Assembly: GCA_002633005.1 (NCBI GenBank)
Contig: NMRA01000090.1
Span: 916,736-980,735 of the forward strand
Length of the DNA: 64,000 nt
Reading direction: 5' to 3'
DNA from: Phoronis australis
Lineage: Eukaryota > Animalia > Phoronida
Shown in pieces: positions 12,301 through 23,894 of this stretch (within the stretch, counting starts at the first letter, position 1; the number at the start of each line of letters is the position of its first letter). A program made the position numbers and the translations under genes. The notes under the pieces are model-generated. The model did no database searches. It worked only from the letters and a program-made list of their open reading frames with translations, and had not been told where the DNA came from.

Positions 12301-15300
12301 TTAATCATTTGTTGGAAAATGATAATGTACTTGACTGTCTTAATGTTCAGAAAATGACTCTAAAACGGGTTTGATGTGGTGATGTAGCAACATCATTTCT
12401 AAAATCTCTTGGTCTGTTTACACCAGATGCCTATTTACACCAGATGCCTATTTACACCAGATGCCTATTTACACCAGATGCCTAATATTTACGTTATTTT
12501 GGCATTTCAAGTAGGCTGCAGGCTGGTGTAAACAGACTGACAGATTTTAGAAATGGTGTCAGTACAACACCTCATGGTGAAAATTTATTTCAGCAATTTC
12601 TCAACAGTAATGAAGATTATGTAGTCTAGCCTTTCAGTGTCTTTGTATTGTGTAGAAAACATTAAGCAGTTATTTACGGCAGGGGTAATCGGGTTTTGAT
12701 AATTAGAAAAATGACAGCTTTGGGAATTTACTTCTTGCAAAACAGTCAAAAATCGTTTACTGTATTGATTTCCTTTTTCGCGAATTAGGTCGAAGGAAGG
12801 TAACACTCATCATAGTGAACTGCGCGACCAATGTTTGAATTTTAGCCCATAGTGAACTCCACAGTGAGTGATGTCCAGTACCTGATGTTTTCCCATTGTG
12901 GACTTTGTAGTGACTTATGCCCCGTAACAGATGTTTTATCCATTGAGAACCCCACAGTGACTTATGCCCTGTATGTGATATTTTGTCCATTGAGAACCCC
13001 TCAGTGACTTATGCCCTGTATCTGATACTTTGTCCATTGAGAACCCCACAGTGACTATGCCCATTATCTGATGTATGTCTCTGCTTTGCAGACCGTGACA
13101 ACTACCAGCTAGGCACACTGTCTCATATGTTGAACCAGAGGGCCACTGGCTACAATCACCTGCCAGACTGGCCAGAGGTTGCGCCGGACCCCAGCGTCCG
13201 GAACGTGGAGGTGCCCGTGTCGTGGACGGAGACAAAGCAGCAAGATGAGAGGAAGAAGAAGAAGACAGCGACGGCATTCTACTCAGATGAGGAAGAAGAA
13301 GAAGGGACGGAGTCGGAGGAAGAGAGTAGTGAAGAGGAGAGCTCTTCAGGAGAGGAGGAGGAAAGTGGAGAGGAGGAGGGAGATGAGGAGGAGGAGTCTG
13401 AAAAAGAGGACCAGTCAGGGGAGGAGTCTGAAGAGGTAGGTGATGTCTGATTGGCTCGTACTTCTTTAGTGGCATGTGCACTTAGTGGTTGGATTAAAAA
13501 TGCAAAAATGATGGCAATACCATGTTTTTGGTTGTTGATGCCTTTCCTAGATGATTTTTGGATTTTGATACATCAAAAAAATAGACCTGTCGGAATTTCG
13601 TGTTATTTGACGACATCAATTTACTGTCTAGCAATTTATGAGCCAGTACATGAAACACATTGTGTGTTTAAATTCTTTGTGGTCACTAAAGGAAGGCTAG
13701 ATTATGACAACTAAGTTATGGATAAAGACGAAGTTATTTCTTTCACAGCATGTGACAGCTAGATGACTTCAATATGATTAAGGTTATGAGTAACCCTTGA
13801 AAATCCAAAAGTCAGACTGGGTAGAATTCAGTAGCTGTCTCGCGGAGAGAAAAATCTAGCCAAAATCACGTGCTGTCATTGAAAATACAATGCAATATCT
13901 CTCTTAACCTTGCAGTCTTGCTGTTCTTGTGGGGTTGTAGCGTTGATAAAATCTACCCTGGCTATTGCTTGAAATCACAATTGTTATGTTTACATCAAAG
14001 GGCAAAGGTTATATTTTCCATATAAGGGAAATGTGCTACGTCTATGTCTTGCCATACTAAATAAGGAGATGTGCTTTGCCTTGAGGGAGAAAGATCAACA
14101 AAGTGACAATCAGTTGACAGATCATTATTTTTTGAAATTTTGAACTTAAAGAATTATGTTTTGACATTGTTTCAGTGGCAGAGAACCACTTTGAATAATC
14201 GAGTTGTGTGCTTTTCACGTTCTATGCCACTTTAAGGAAGTAACGTCTGTCCCAACATCACTCGGCCTTTTTTTACTTCCAGGAAGAGGAGAGTTCTAGT
14301 GAGGAGGAGGAAAGTAGCGAAGAAGAGAGTGAGGAAGAAAGTGAGGATGATGCGCCAGCGCCACCTGTGAAGCCGGCGAAGATGAAGGCCGCGGCAAAAC
14401 CGTCAAAAAAGAACGTGCAAAAACAAGACTCGTTGAATCTGCTCGACCTTGACGACTGTGAGTAGATTGAAATGAAGGTCAAACATTAGATGTTTTATTA
14501 TTGTTTGCTTAGTTATCACATTTTTCCCAACAGATCATGAGTATTGGAAAGTGCCACTGTTATTCACACATTAAGTATCTAGCTGTCAAATATGACCATT
14601 TGCTCTGTGGGTGACTTAGTTTTACTTAAAAATTAAGGGTAAACAATATCTATAAAGTAAATGTATCTATTTGAACGTACACGTGGACAGGAATACAAAA
14701 TAAGGCTTCGCCTTATTGTGATAAGTGCATGATTAGTGAGACGTTCACAAGGAATGCATAGAAATACAATCCTTACTCTCTTTTTTTCTCAAACAACAAA
14801 CTCCAGCTTGTAGTTCAGGAGGTGGAAACGGTTCGGTGGCCATACCTCTTAATTCCACTTGTGATTCGCTTAACCCAGTCCTGTACCAGCAAACACCACG
14901 GACCACTCTTATACAAATCCCTGACCTTTTCCTCTGTGATTGCTCCCTACACAGTGACCAAATTACAGTTGCAGTGACCAGGTTCCTCACCTGGACTGTG
15001 GTTCTGGTTCCTCACCTGGACTGTGAGGTTCAGGTTCCTCACCTGGACTGTGACGTTCAGGTTCCTCACCTGAACTGTGAGGTTCAGGTTCCTCACTTGG
15101 ATTGTGAGGTTCTGGTTCCTCACCTGGACTGTGAGGTTCAGGTTCCTCACCTGGATTGTGAGGTTCTGGTCCCTCACCTGGACTGTGAGGTTCAGGTTCC
15201 TCACCTGAATTGTGAGGTTCAGGTTCCTCACCTGAATTGTGAGGTTCAGGTTCTTCACCTGGGTTGTGAGGTTCAGGTTCCTCTTCTGGACCGTGAGGTT

Positions 15301-18300
15301 CAGGTTCCTTACCTGGATTGTGAGGTTCAGGAGTGCGAGTGTGTCCCTGAGCATGAAATTGAATCACAAGATATGCAACATGTCTGGTGCTTGCGTGGAG
15401 TTCAGTGTTTGCTGGTCTGTGACTGAATTTAGGGGATGGCAGCTGGAGTTCAGTGGCGCGGTCATGGAGTCGTTTCCACACCCTGTAATTGTCACCCTCT
15501 GCATAAATCATATGCTACACAAACTAGCTTATCAATGCTACGTCATCCACCACAAACTGTTATCTCTGCAAGTTCTGTTATGCATTGGCCACTTTCAGTT
15601 TCTCACGAAAGGGAAGCCTACCAACCAGGTGAGCTAGTGTTGTACAAGGGTTCTGCAGGGTTCCTATGGTCGGTGTACCAGGTCAGCTGTCCCTGCATGA
15701 GCGCCCCCAAGTGTTGCTCCATTACGCTATTATATGGTGGCTAATTAAAGTATTTAGCTGCATTCATTTTCCGTTTTGCTGATAACTCCCATTGGCTTGC
15801 CATACTTTGCAACGTGTGCTGTGGGGTAAAATTGTCGACATTGCCAAACTTTGTTTTGAACTTAGTTTGCTCTCAGAATCTGTACACCACGTATTTTAAT
15901 TTTGTTAGTTCTGGAAGTATTAGTTTTCAGTTGCTACTGTTTTACACATGTCCGCTTTTTTTTGTTCTGTTTTGAACATTTATTGGTCATTTTGCACAGG
16001 TACACAATATAAATGTTTAGTCTTATTCGAGTGCAATAACTCATTGGCCAGTGCCTCTTCTATCCGATAGATATGCTTAAGATGTAAAGGGCATTGAACA
16101 TTTGTCTGTATATAGTAAAGGTAGGACTGACCAATCACTGCCCTCTTGTGGCAGTCTTGTCATTTTGTTTACCGTCCTCATGCGAGGCAGTGCCCAGAGA
16201 AACACGAATTCATTTGGTGAGCATTAGAAGTTTGGATGTTAAAAAAACGTTTTTGAGAACTGGTAGGTTGGTTCTGAGCATAATAATGGGTATTAGACAA
16301 GGCTGGGTATAGTATGACTAACTGAAACATTCAACCACTGGTTGAACATTGTTCATGAAATCAACAGACTTGTGGTCCTGTGCTTATGAACACGGGTTAT
16401 TAGTAGACAATACCAGCTATTACAGGCCACTGACTAGAATCCAGTTGACCAAAGCCTGTGTGTTGATGGCTCGATGTCGTTCATGTGTTCAGTTGTAGTT
16501 ATCTAAGCTGACAGTCGCTGTTGCATGAAGTTTTCTCCCTCCATGTTCAGCAATACCTCGAGTGGGCAAATGTCACGACCTGCAAACTTACGAAGCAATT
16601 AATCTTGTTGTTGGATGCATTCCTAGCACAGTAACTGTTCATTGTATCATTCCCATGTGTACCTTGCATTCAAGTGGTTGAAAGAAAGGGTCGATTAATA
16701 CTACATCATTATACCATACCATTATGCTCGTTTTATGTAGTTGATAAGTGATCAGAGTTGCAAGTGTAAATCTAGATTTTAATTTTTCAGGTGGAAATCT
16801 GTTCAGTGTTTTGTCTGAAAAAATGTTTTGTTTAAATTTTCAAAAAGACATCAGAGCCTCCATGTCCAAAACTCTGTTTGCTTGTTTTGGTTTTGACTAA
16901 TGGGGTTTACATTGTTTTCTCCGTCCCATTCTTAGGTGTTAATCAATTCGACTCGTCACTCAGTGAGTTCAAAAGGAACTTGTACGCTTCCATTAGTAGC
17001 ACGATTTCACCTCCACCTGCTGCCGCAGCGCCCCCTACCATCTGTAAGCAGTGATCGTTTGTTAGGAATGCCTGTCTGGTTAATTTAGTCACTTTTGGCT
17101 GGTACATGTATCTGTTTGCTTTTATATCTTTAGTCGGCTGCTTTTCTCCTGTTTAATCCAGTATTTCACACCAACATCTTGTCAGTTTTTGGCACAGGCT
17201 ATCGGATAGTTGTCAAAACTGTACCTGTCCCTGTTTAGACCCATCACTAATTATTATCGAGTGATTAGTGCGAGGCAAGAGTTGTTTTCGCTTAATTATG
17301 CAAAAATTTGATATCTGGCTTCCGTACTGCGTGCTGTGAAGTGGTTTGATGATAATCATGCTTAGAAGGCTGATAAAGTTGTGGGCTGGCTGAGAAACAG
17401 TTCAAATGTTTCTTATTTTTGGACAAACCATGCAGTATTCCAGGCAATAACGTGGTTTACAGTCACCCAGTACGTGTAAAGCTCATTGTTGTCATTGGTA
17501 GAGTCTGTGAATAAAGTTCTTCAGCCTTTTCTTTTTTAATAAATGACCTGGTTTATTCCCATTGTTGATGTCTGCACCTCCATTTTTTCTGGAATGCGTA
17601 ACAAATTTTTTTTGATGTTTTTTCACATTTCTGATGCACATATTGCATGCTGGAATATGCAGTGCATGATTACTTCCGATTAATGTTCGATATGTTCAGT
17701 GTTGTAAATCGTATTAACTGGTCTCGTCTAAATCTTGTACTGAATTGAACACATTGACAGGGATAATTTTAGGAGCGTGTCCCGTTTCAGTGGTGCAAAG
17801 CATGTAATTTTCAGTGATGCGCTGTAATGCTGAACTCAGGCCGACAGGCTCATTGAAATTAGAAGAAAAAATTAACATGACCCATAGATCCTCCGAGTGG
17901 CCCTATAGACTTGAGGCCATGTGGGTCAAGTCATTCATTTTTAACCACGTTTTTCTAAAATAATCCCTGCATCCTGGTGAATTGGGCTGGCCCTCGGTTG
18001 TTAGTGTCTGTATAGAAATGACAAGAAAATATGTTTGCACAGTGAATATCTTGGACTGATATACTTGACCTGCACCGATAATAGTTTTTCACTTTTTAAG
18101 TTACTGGAAAATAGCTTACTTTCAAATTCGTGGTGGCTCTGCTGGCTCATTTTTACTACCGTAATACTAATTTATGCTAATCTATGAAATGCGTTCAACT
18201 CTCTCGATCATAAAAATGTCCAACCTACTAGATGAGGCCAAAAACAAAGTTGGTTCTGGTCTCTACAGCAATTCATTTGGAGACACGTTCTCACCAACTA

Positions 18301-21300
18301 CAAAAGAAACGCCGCCCCACATCAATTTCAGCTGGCGTTGCATGTTTTTCCGTAAAACTGCACAAAGACACATAAGCAAGGGTACGCAAGGTTTGAAACA
18401 CCATGATTTGCCAAGGGATGAGTAAAAAAAATCCCGTGTCAGTTTTGCTCTATCAGGTGGATTTTCTTTTTTGAAAAGATGAGCAACTAAAAAATACCAC
18501 ATAATCAACTATATTTTCAAAAAGACAGAGACCAGAACCATGTTTTTGACCAACCAGTAAATCTGTTCTGTAACTTAGCATGTTCTCAACCATTAGCAGG
18601 GTCAGGAGCTGTCAGACTATACCACTTCATAATTTATTGTTAGTTTCCATGGAGATAGAGTACACAGTTTTGTATCAAAGTGTGTTTGCCTTCTGGTTCA
18701 GTTGGTGTTAGTTGGTGGTGGCTAGCAGTGAACATCAGCGTTTACTTTAGCAGTTGTTTGACTTGTTTTTAAATTGATTTGGTTTTTGTAAAGTTTAGGA
18801 AAGTTCAGTTTTATTTATCAGTTGAAAACTGGCTTTAGTTTTTACTTGTCATTGGGTGCCTTGTGCGTGCTTTGAATCTGTAATTAGTCTAAAGATTTAT
18901 TGTCTGATGTTTGTGATATATATTCAATTAATGTTCAGACCAATAGATGTCACTGTCTAGTCAACCCATTATTATGGTGTTTTTTTTTCTAGTTGGTTCC
19001 ACAGCAACGACCCCTATGGGTGCAAACGGTGACCTTTTGACCCCCACGCTCATCTCGGACATGGATACCTTGTCTCTGGGCAATAAATCAACTACGCCAG
19101 CTTCAAGTATCGTAAGTGATGAGTGTAATCAATGGTGAATTAATTTAACAGTTGAACTACGTACCACAACTTTGTCTATCTTCACTAATTTTGTTACTTC
19201 AATCACTTTTCATCAAAACCTGATATATCTTACCACGTGCTCCAAAACATGATACTTCGTTACAAAACGTGATCTGCATCACAGATCTCAAATCTGGCGA
19301 ATATCTCCTTTTGCAACGGAACTCTTCAACTGTTTTTGCTCCATCTGCTTAACACTAAACGTAGTTTTCTGTTCTCCCAATAGGTGGCAAGTGCAGTGTT
19401 CATCCCCACCCAGACACACGAGCTACTGAACCGTATCACGGGGCAGGGCCTGTGCGCCACCTACAGGTTCACGAGGACAGTCTCCGTATTCTCGCCGAAG
19501 AACATATCCGTTGAGTTGACACTCTCCAACACGTCGGACAACGCCATTAAAAATATACGAGTGGGAAATAAGGTAAACGCATCCCTATGTCGCCATGGAT
19601 ATTTTTTCCAAAATAAGATTTCTTGTGACCTTAAAAATTTTCTGATGCTGCGTAGTAGCAGAGTCTCATGTTTTAGTTTGGCAGAGAAAAGATCAAGCTG
19701 TATACAGTAGAATCGCAACAATTTCGGACAAAAATGATTTCTTAAATTGCAATTTTTTTCATTTTTCGAGGGCCTCAGATATTGTTGTAGATTTCTACAA
19801 TTTTTCAAAATAATGTTTGTTGGTAGCTATGGTAGAACTTTGATATGGCAAGGTATTATTGACAGTGGTATTGTTTGTAATTTATGAAAAAATATACAAA
19901 AATTCACCTGCCTGCCATCTGTTCTCCTAACTTGGCGAGATTTTACCGCAAACCCAATATCAAGTATTTCAAAAACATCACTGTACCAGTGGTATGACCT
20001 TCCACACAACGGCTAGCTTGGAAGACATGAAATTTGTTAACTTTGGTATAAAAACGAGGACTTACTAAATAAAGTCAGGCATAATGGGGAAAATTTTGCA
20101 GTGGGTAAACGAATGTCTTCCGTGATACATGAGTCACTGTCCTTAAGCACGAAGTCATAACTTAAGATAGCATTCATATTCCCTATTGGTTTCAATAATA
20201 TCATCTTGATGTCTGCCCCCACAGTAGGTATGACAGTGAAGGCCATGAGATGCGATTATCCGACATTAATGATCGGAGAAAATTTCCTGGCATTCCCTGT
20301 CATGGTTACCGAGCACAAATGTTGTAGACCACTCGTGTGTTTCCCACTTAATCACGAAAATTCTATCTTTTTGCATAGCTTTGCATGGGGTCCATAACTC
20401 CGCAATGGAAAACTAACGTGAGGTCTTACAAACCTTAAACGGACTCGTGCCGGGTAGCAGCAGTTCAGAGGCATGAAATCATGGAAGTGGGACAAAATAC
20501 ACATTTAGTTCAGATTGCACAAAAAGGAAATGGGACTGTGGTGTGTTCTGCAGGTTGGAATGATGTTGAGAAACCCTGTACATCTGTTGACAGGCTATCC
20601 AGGGGAGTTATTTTTAACCCTATCAATGTTCTACTAGTGTTTATATAAATGCTTAGTAGTAAATGTTTAATTTTGTGTCTGTTTTCAGAAATTGCAATCG
20701 GGAATGAGCATTAGTGAATTTCCAGAGATTCGTAAGTTAAACTTTTNTGAAACGCGTCAAAGATCGATTCTGCATATCCCATGTTCACGCAACTTGCTTA
20801 CAAGTCATCGGGAGGGCTGTTCTCGGTTAGTGTTCTTTTGAACTTGGATTTGGCAACAACCAAATAACGGTCGGGTTAACAAGAGCTGCTTTGTATTTGC
20901 CAGGTATCTGTTGAGAAGTGTAAAAACTCAGCTCGCATTCGTTGGAAATTCCACGTCGCATTTTGCGGCTTGATACGAGCTGACAAATATCTCAGCTCGC
21001 ATTTCCAAATTTCAGGTCGCAAATGCGACCTGCAGCTCGTTATGTCGAGCCCTGTTCTATGTGTACTTAGATCTATTGTTGGAAAGCAGGCGTTTGAGTA
21101 CTAGAGAAAACTGTTGTACCTTTGATCTAGGATGACCGAAGAACTGTGCTTTTGTCCTGTAAATATAGGGACACTGTGGAGTGTCTATTTGGTTCTTCAT
21201 AATGAGTCAATACCTTCCTACTTTTTGTCTGTTGTCAGGACACATATGATAACTTATGAAATGCTGACTGTGAAGCTGGAGAAAGTGATGCCTATACCAG

Positions 21301-23321
21301 TGAAATTAAGATACAAGGGTCCTAACCGTATTGTTCATGTCGTGTTGCTGGTCTCGATACATAACAGTGTATGTGTGTTGAAGACACATTAGCTGAGCTT
21401 ATGTAGGACCCTAGAAAATTGTTCATTTTTGGCCAACTTTGGGACACTGTTTCTCGGATCAGATTCTTGTGAATTTTTCAGATTCAGTGCTTTATTCACT
21501 GATTTCCATAGCACTTTGAGGAATAGTTTTTTAAAATTTCCACTTTTGCATGAGGGCCATCGTGAGATAGGACTTGATGAAAAAATATTTAAGCTGCATA
21601 AAACGAATCTGACAACAATTTAGAGAACTTTAGCCGAGTGTTTTGGAGTTTGCATCTTGGAACAGTTATGTCGTGCACAATTAGGTTGCGTTATTGATCC
21701 TGTGGTCTTGTTATGAATGTACCTTTCTTTTTCAATTGCTAACTTTTCATTAAAAAAGCAAGGTCACGTGGCCTAATGAGTGGCAAATTGGTATAAAGTC
21801 AAAAATTTAATTTTTACTTTCACGAAATATATTGTAGATATTTGGCTGAATGTTGAGACTTCTTGAAAAAGTCGTAAATAGCCTCAATTAGTCCTTATTA
21901 TTCAAATAATATGTTATCAAATTGACGAAACGAGAAGTTGCGTAAGATTTCCAGACCATACTTACACTGTTGCAGGTGACCTCGAGGTCAACTCAACAAC
22001 CTCTGTGGTGATGGGCATTGATTTCTGTGATACGACCCAGCCGGCAATCTTTGACCTGTGCACGTCCTCGGCAAAGTTCAATGTCAAAATATCGGCGCCA
22101 GTTGGCGAATTAATTCAGCCATGCAGTATGAGCCAAAATGATTTCACTTCGGAGCGAGGTAAAGTTTGAGTTGATTTGGATGTTGGCATAGTTGATAGTG
22201 ACAGCATACAGATGTAGTTTATTTGTTTGGATTAGCGCCCACATTTTTAAAAAGTTAATTATTTGAGTGCCTATTTTCTGGAGGTTGTACTCGGCTGTAC
22301 ACCGTCTGATGTGTACTCAGAACACTTAATTAAAAATCAATATAAATCATCGTGTGAAAACGGTAATACTAAAAATGTGCACCCATCTAGAAATTGACCT
22401 ATCGCCAGGATTTTGAGTGACGGCTTAGCTGACCAATCAGACCGCAACACCTTCGTTTCCAAGCTGCCATTTTACCTGAAAAATAACGCATTGCCAGGTA
22501 AAACTCATTGTTTGTTTGTTTATTGACCTTTCTCAAGGCGGCAGAGCTTGCAATAGGTCAATTGGTTCTAACCAGTCGGTGGGTACTGCAGTGCCACCTG
22601 GTGTCTAAGGCACGCCACCTACCCCAAATGTTTGCATTTCTTGAATTAAGTGCTTTCACAGTTACAGTTTTCTGTGTACATTGCTGTATTACCTCTAGTA
22701 ACTGTCTTCGCCAAAATCAAAATTCATTATTTGTGCCTCAATTCCAAGTGAGGTTTCGGTAACATTACTGTAAAAATTCTCCAATTTGGGACAAAGGTAA
22801 CTGTTAAAATTGCCATGTTTCTGTTTTTCAGAGACTTACTACATTGTTGTAAATGCTCCAAATTTTACCGAATGTTGTTTGGCAACAGCTGCGCCATACA
22901 AAGTACTAAAATCAAAATAAATTTCCCAGAAAATTCATTTTTGTTCAGAAATTTGATGAAATGAAATTTGACGTGTCCATAATATTATGTACCAAACTGA
23001 AGAATTCGTACCGTACATTTTGTTATTTCAGGCAAACTAGGTGGAATGCATGAGAACTCGGCCAAGGTTGACCTCCCTGGAAGTCAGCCAAGTTCTGACA
23101 CGGTCACCAGCTGTGTGTACCAGACCGTGAATGTTCTACAAGTTCCTTCCCCAGACAGCGATACCTATTGGTTTGCTGGAAAAACACTGTCTACAGGAAG
23201 CTACTGCCTAATCACAGTCAAATTCATTGACGATAAAGCGACAGTGTGCGTCAATTGTGATAAGATTGTCATAGGCTCCATGTTGGTTAAGGAATTAAGG
23301 CAAAAGTTATCAGCAGCCTGA
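235..23321 (+). CDS. AP3B2: AP-3 complex subunit beta (beta3-adaptin; co-ortholog of vertebrate AP3B1/AP3B2), multi-exon, 5'-truncated by the window edge
   Basis: Join 235-395,1265-1331,1887-2069,3227-3406,3591-3688,4192-4318,5400-5462,5910-6042,6853-6905,9962-10129,11408-11660,13092-13435,14283-14457,18993-19111,19384-19572,20689-20731,21976-22158,23032-23321. All introns are GT-AG with matching phases; total 2829 nt. Peptides recognised as beta3-adaptin: [78 protein letters not shown], acidic hinge, LLDLD clathrin box, ear domain. B1 versus B2 cannot be assigned for an invertebrate. Confidence 0.96.
1265..1331 (+). CDS. AP3B2: AP-3 beta exon ([22 protein letters not shown])
   Basis: atag|TTTGGAC ... 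ACCACG|gtgag; phase 2 in, phase 0 out. Confidence 0.95.
1887..2069 (+). CDS. AP3B2: AP-3 beta exon ([19 protein letters not shown]...NPNSE)
   Basis: ttacag|CTT ... GAG|gtaac; lies inside ORF 1857..2096. Confidence 0.96.
3227..3406 (+). CDS. AP3B2: AP-3 beta exon ([14 protein letters not shown]...[22 protein letters not shown])
   Basis: aacag|GAG ... TCG|gtgag. Confidence 0.93.
3591..3688 (+). CDS. AP3B2: AP-3 beta exon ([14 protein letters not shown]...RLLRSH)
   Basis: accag|GTG ... CACAA|gtgag. Confidence 0.95.
4192..4318 (+). CDS. AP3B2: AP-3 beta exon ([11 protein letters not shown]...THVKLLK)
   Basis: tccag|GGAA ... AAG|gtagg. Confidence 0.95.
4605..5306. repeat. 33-bp minisatellite, about 21 copies, intronic
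   Basis: Unit GCCT(A/T)GTGTTTAGACTGATACAAAATGTAGCAG; explains ORFs 4610..5218 and 4723..5289. Confidence 0.97.
5400..5462 (+). CDS. AP3B2: AP-3 beta exon ([21 protein letters not shown])
   Basis: tttag|TTG ... CAG|gtaaa. Confidence 0.95.
5910..6042 (+). CDS. AP3B2: AP-3 beta exon ([22 protein letters not shown]...SNRD)
   Basis: tacag|ACT ... GACG|gtgag. Confidence 0.95.
6853..6905 (+). CDS. AP3B2: AP-3 beta exon ([17 protein letters not shown])
   Basis: tgcag|AAAAT ... CAG|gtgag. Confidence 0.95.
8104..8127 (+). CDS. AP3B2: Candidate 24-nt alternative microexon of AP-3 beta (PRGSKKKM)
   Basis: ctgtag|CCACGGGGTAGCAAGAAGAAGATG|gtatac; phase 0-0 like the host intron; no AG in 7974-8101; CTGAC branch-point candidate near 8067-8071; TGCATG at 8156-8161; donor is weak. 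Confidence 0.6.
9962..10129 (+). CDS. AP3B2: AP-3 beta exon ([14 protein letters not shown]...KNFTSE)
   Basis: tccag|TCG ... GAG|gtatg. Confidence 0.95.
10316..10438. repeat. Degenerate 20-bp tandem repeat, about 6 copies
   Basis: Unit similar to TTGGACAGTATTATTCAAAC. Confidence 0.7.
11408..11660 (+). CDS. AP3B2: AP-3 beta exon ([11 protein letters not shown]...YDIRDRARF...ESKFK)
   Basis: ctcag|GAG ... AAAG|gtgag. Confidence 0.96.
12374..12575. mobile_element. MITE-like inverted repeat containing a 17-bp x4 tandem repeat
   Basis: CATCATTTCTAAAATCTCTTGGTCTGTTTACACCAG versus CTGGTGTAAACAGACTGACAGATTTTAGAAATGGTG; (TTTACACCAGATGCCTA)4 at 12417-12484. Confidence 0.75.
12847..13078. repeat. 47-bp degenerate tandem repeat, about 5 copies, abutting a splice acceptor
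   Basis: Unit similar to CCATTGAGAACCCCACAGTGACTTATGCCCTGTATGTGATATTTTGT. Confidence 0.85.
13092..13435 (+). CDS. AP3B2: AP-3 beta exon ([11 protein letters not shown]...PDPSVRNVE + Glu/Ser-rich hinge)
   Basis: tgcag|ACCGT ... GAG|gtagg. Confidence 0.94.
14283..14457 (+). CDS. AP3B2: AP-3 beta hinge exon ending in clathrin box (LLDLDD)
   Basis: ttccag|GAA ... GACT|gtgag. Confidence 0.93.
14980..15331. repeat. 27-bp minisatellite, about 13 copies, intronic
   Basis: Unit GTTCCTCACCTGGACTGTGAGGTTCAG; explains several overlapping ORFs. Confidence 0.95.
16936..17043 (+). CDS. AP3B2: Candidate 108-nt cassette exon in AP-3 beta hinge ([35 protein letters not shown])
   Basis: cttag|GT ... ATCT|gtaag; phase 1-1 like the host intron, stop-free; GACTAAT branch point at 16895-16901; no AG between about 16857 and 16933. 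Confidence 0.72.
17758..17969. mobile_element. Non-autonomous DNA transposon (CAGGGATAATTTTAG termini); related inverted copy at about 38391-38606
   Basis: CAGGGATAATTTTAG ... CTAAAATAATCCCTG; internal AGACTTGAGGCCATGTGGGT mirrored by ACCCACACGACCTCAAGTCT near 38430. Confidence 0.65.
18226..18559. mobile_element. MITE-like element with about 35-bp imperfect TIRs
   Basis: TACTAGATGAGGCCAAAAACAAAGTTGGTTCTGGTCTCT versus AGAGACCAGAACCATGTTTTTGACCAACCAGTA. Confidence 0.6.
18993..19111 (+). CDS. AP3B2: AP-3 beta exon ([18 protein letters not shown]...PASSI)
   Basis: ttctag|TTGGT ... ATC|gtaag. Confidence 0.88.
19384..19572 (+). CDS. AP3B2: AP-3 beta ear exon ([23 protein letters not shown]...VGNK)
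   Basis: aatag|GTG ... AAG|gtaaa. Confidence 0.94.
20689..20731 (+). CDS. AP3B2: AP-3 beta exon ([14 protein letters not shown])
   Basis: ttcag|AAA ... ATTC|gtaag. Confidence 0.92.
21976..22158 (+). CDS. AP3B2: AP-3 beta ear exon ([14 protein letters not shown]...APVGELIQP)
   Basis: tgcag|GTGAC ... CGAG|gtaaa. Confidence 0.94.
23032..23321 (+). CDS. AP3B2: AP-3 beta terminal exon (KLGGMHE...[23 protein letters not shown])
   Basis: ttcag|GCAAA; TGA at 23319-23321. Confidence 0.95.
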
Positions 23322-23894
23322 ACCAGGATATAGACAATCTTATGAGGTCGAGAAAGATGTTGTCTGCGAGAGAGAGACTCTTCCTCCTATGGAAATAAGA
23401 CTTTTCTGTCATGATGTGGGCGTTGATGTTGACGGTCCATGCAGAACTAATGAAGCTTTGGCATTGAATGGCAATACAAATACATGTACTCTCAAATTAA
23501 CTTTGCATTACTGAGTAAGGGAATTATTGGACACTTCCTCATATTGTGCTGCGACAGCTGTACCGGCAATGGAGTAAAATTGTATTAAAGAGTACTGTTA
23601 ACTTATTGAAAGCGTTTTTGGTCTGTTCGGATTATTTTGAACTGTTTCTATAAAAATAGCATTTCTTCTAAGCAAAAGTGTGACATTGAACAATATGCTA
23701 TGTCAGCTGCTACAGTAGGGGCAAACTGCGTTCTGTTGCTGGTTCGCATTTCAATTGGAGCAGTCTGGTCAGAAACGAGCATTAAAACTAGTAACACAAA
23801 GATTTAGGCAATTAGGTACACTGTTCTTAAATTGTATAATTTTACTCTCTGTGACGTGGCTTCTGGTTTGAAAAATTGTCGTTATAAAAATCTA

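Noticed and set aside
12936-13481. 181-aa Pro/Leu/Ser-rich minus-strand ORF and 13179..13439 Arg-rich ORF
   Set aside because: Antisense and alternate-frame shadows of the Glu/Ser-rich AP-3 beta hinge exon.
14947-15511. Minus-strand EEPEPHSPG and VRNLNLT repeat ORFs
   Set aside because: Products of the 27-bp minisatellite; no evidence for a nested gene.
16000-16120. Strong acceptor (tttgcacag|) and later AAG|gtagg donor
   Set aside because: 121 nt, frame-shifting and stop-containing; such sites arise by chance in T-rich introns.
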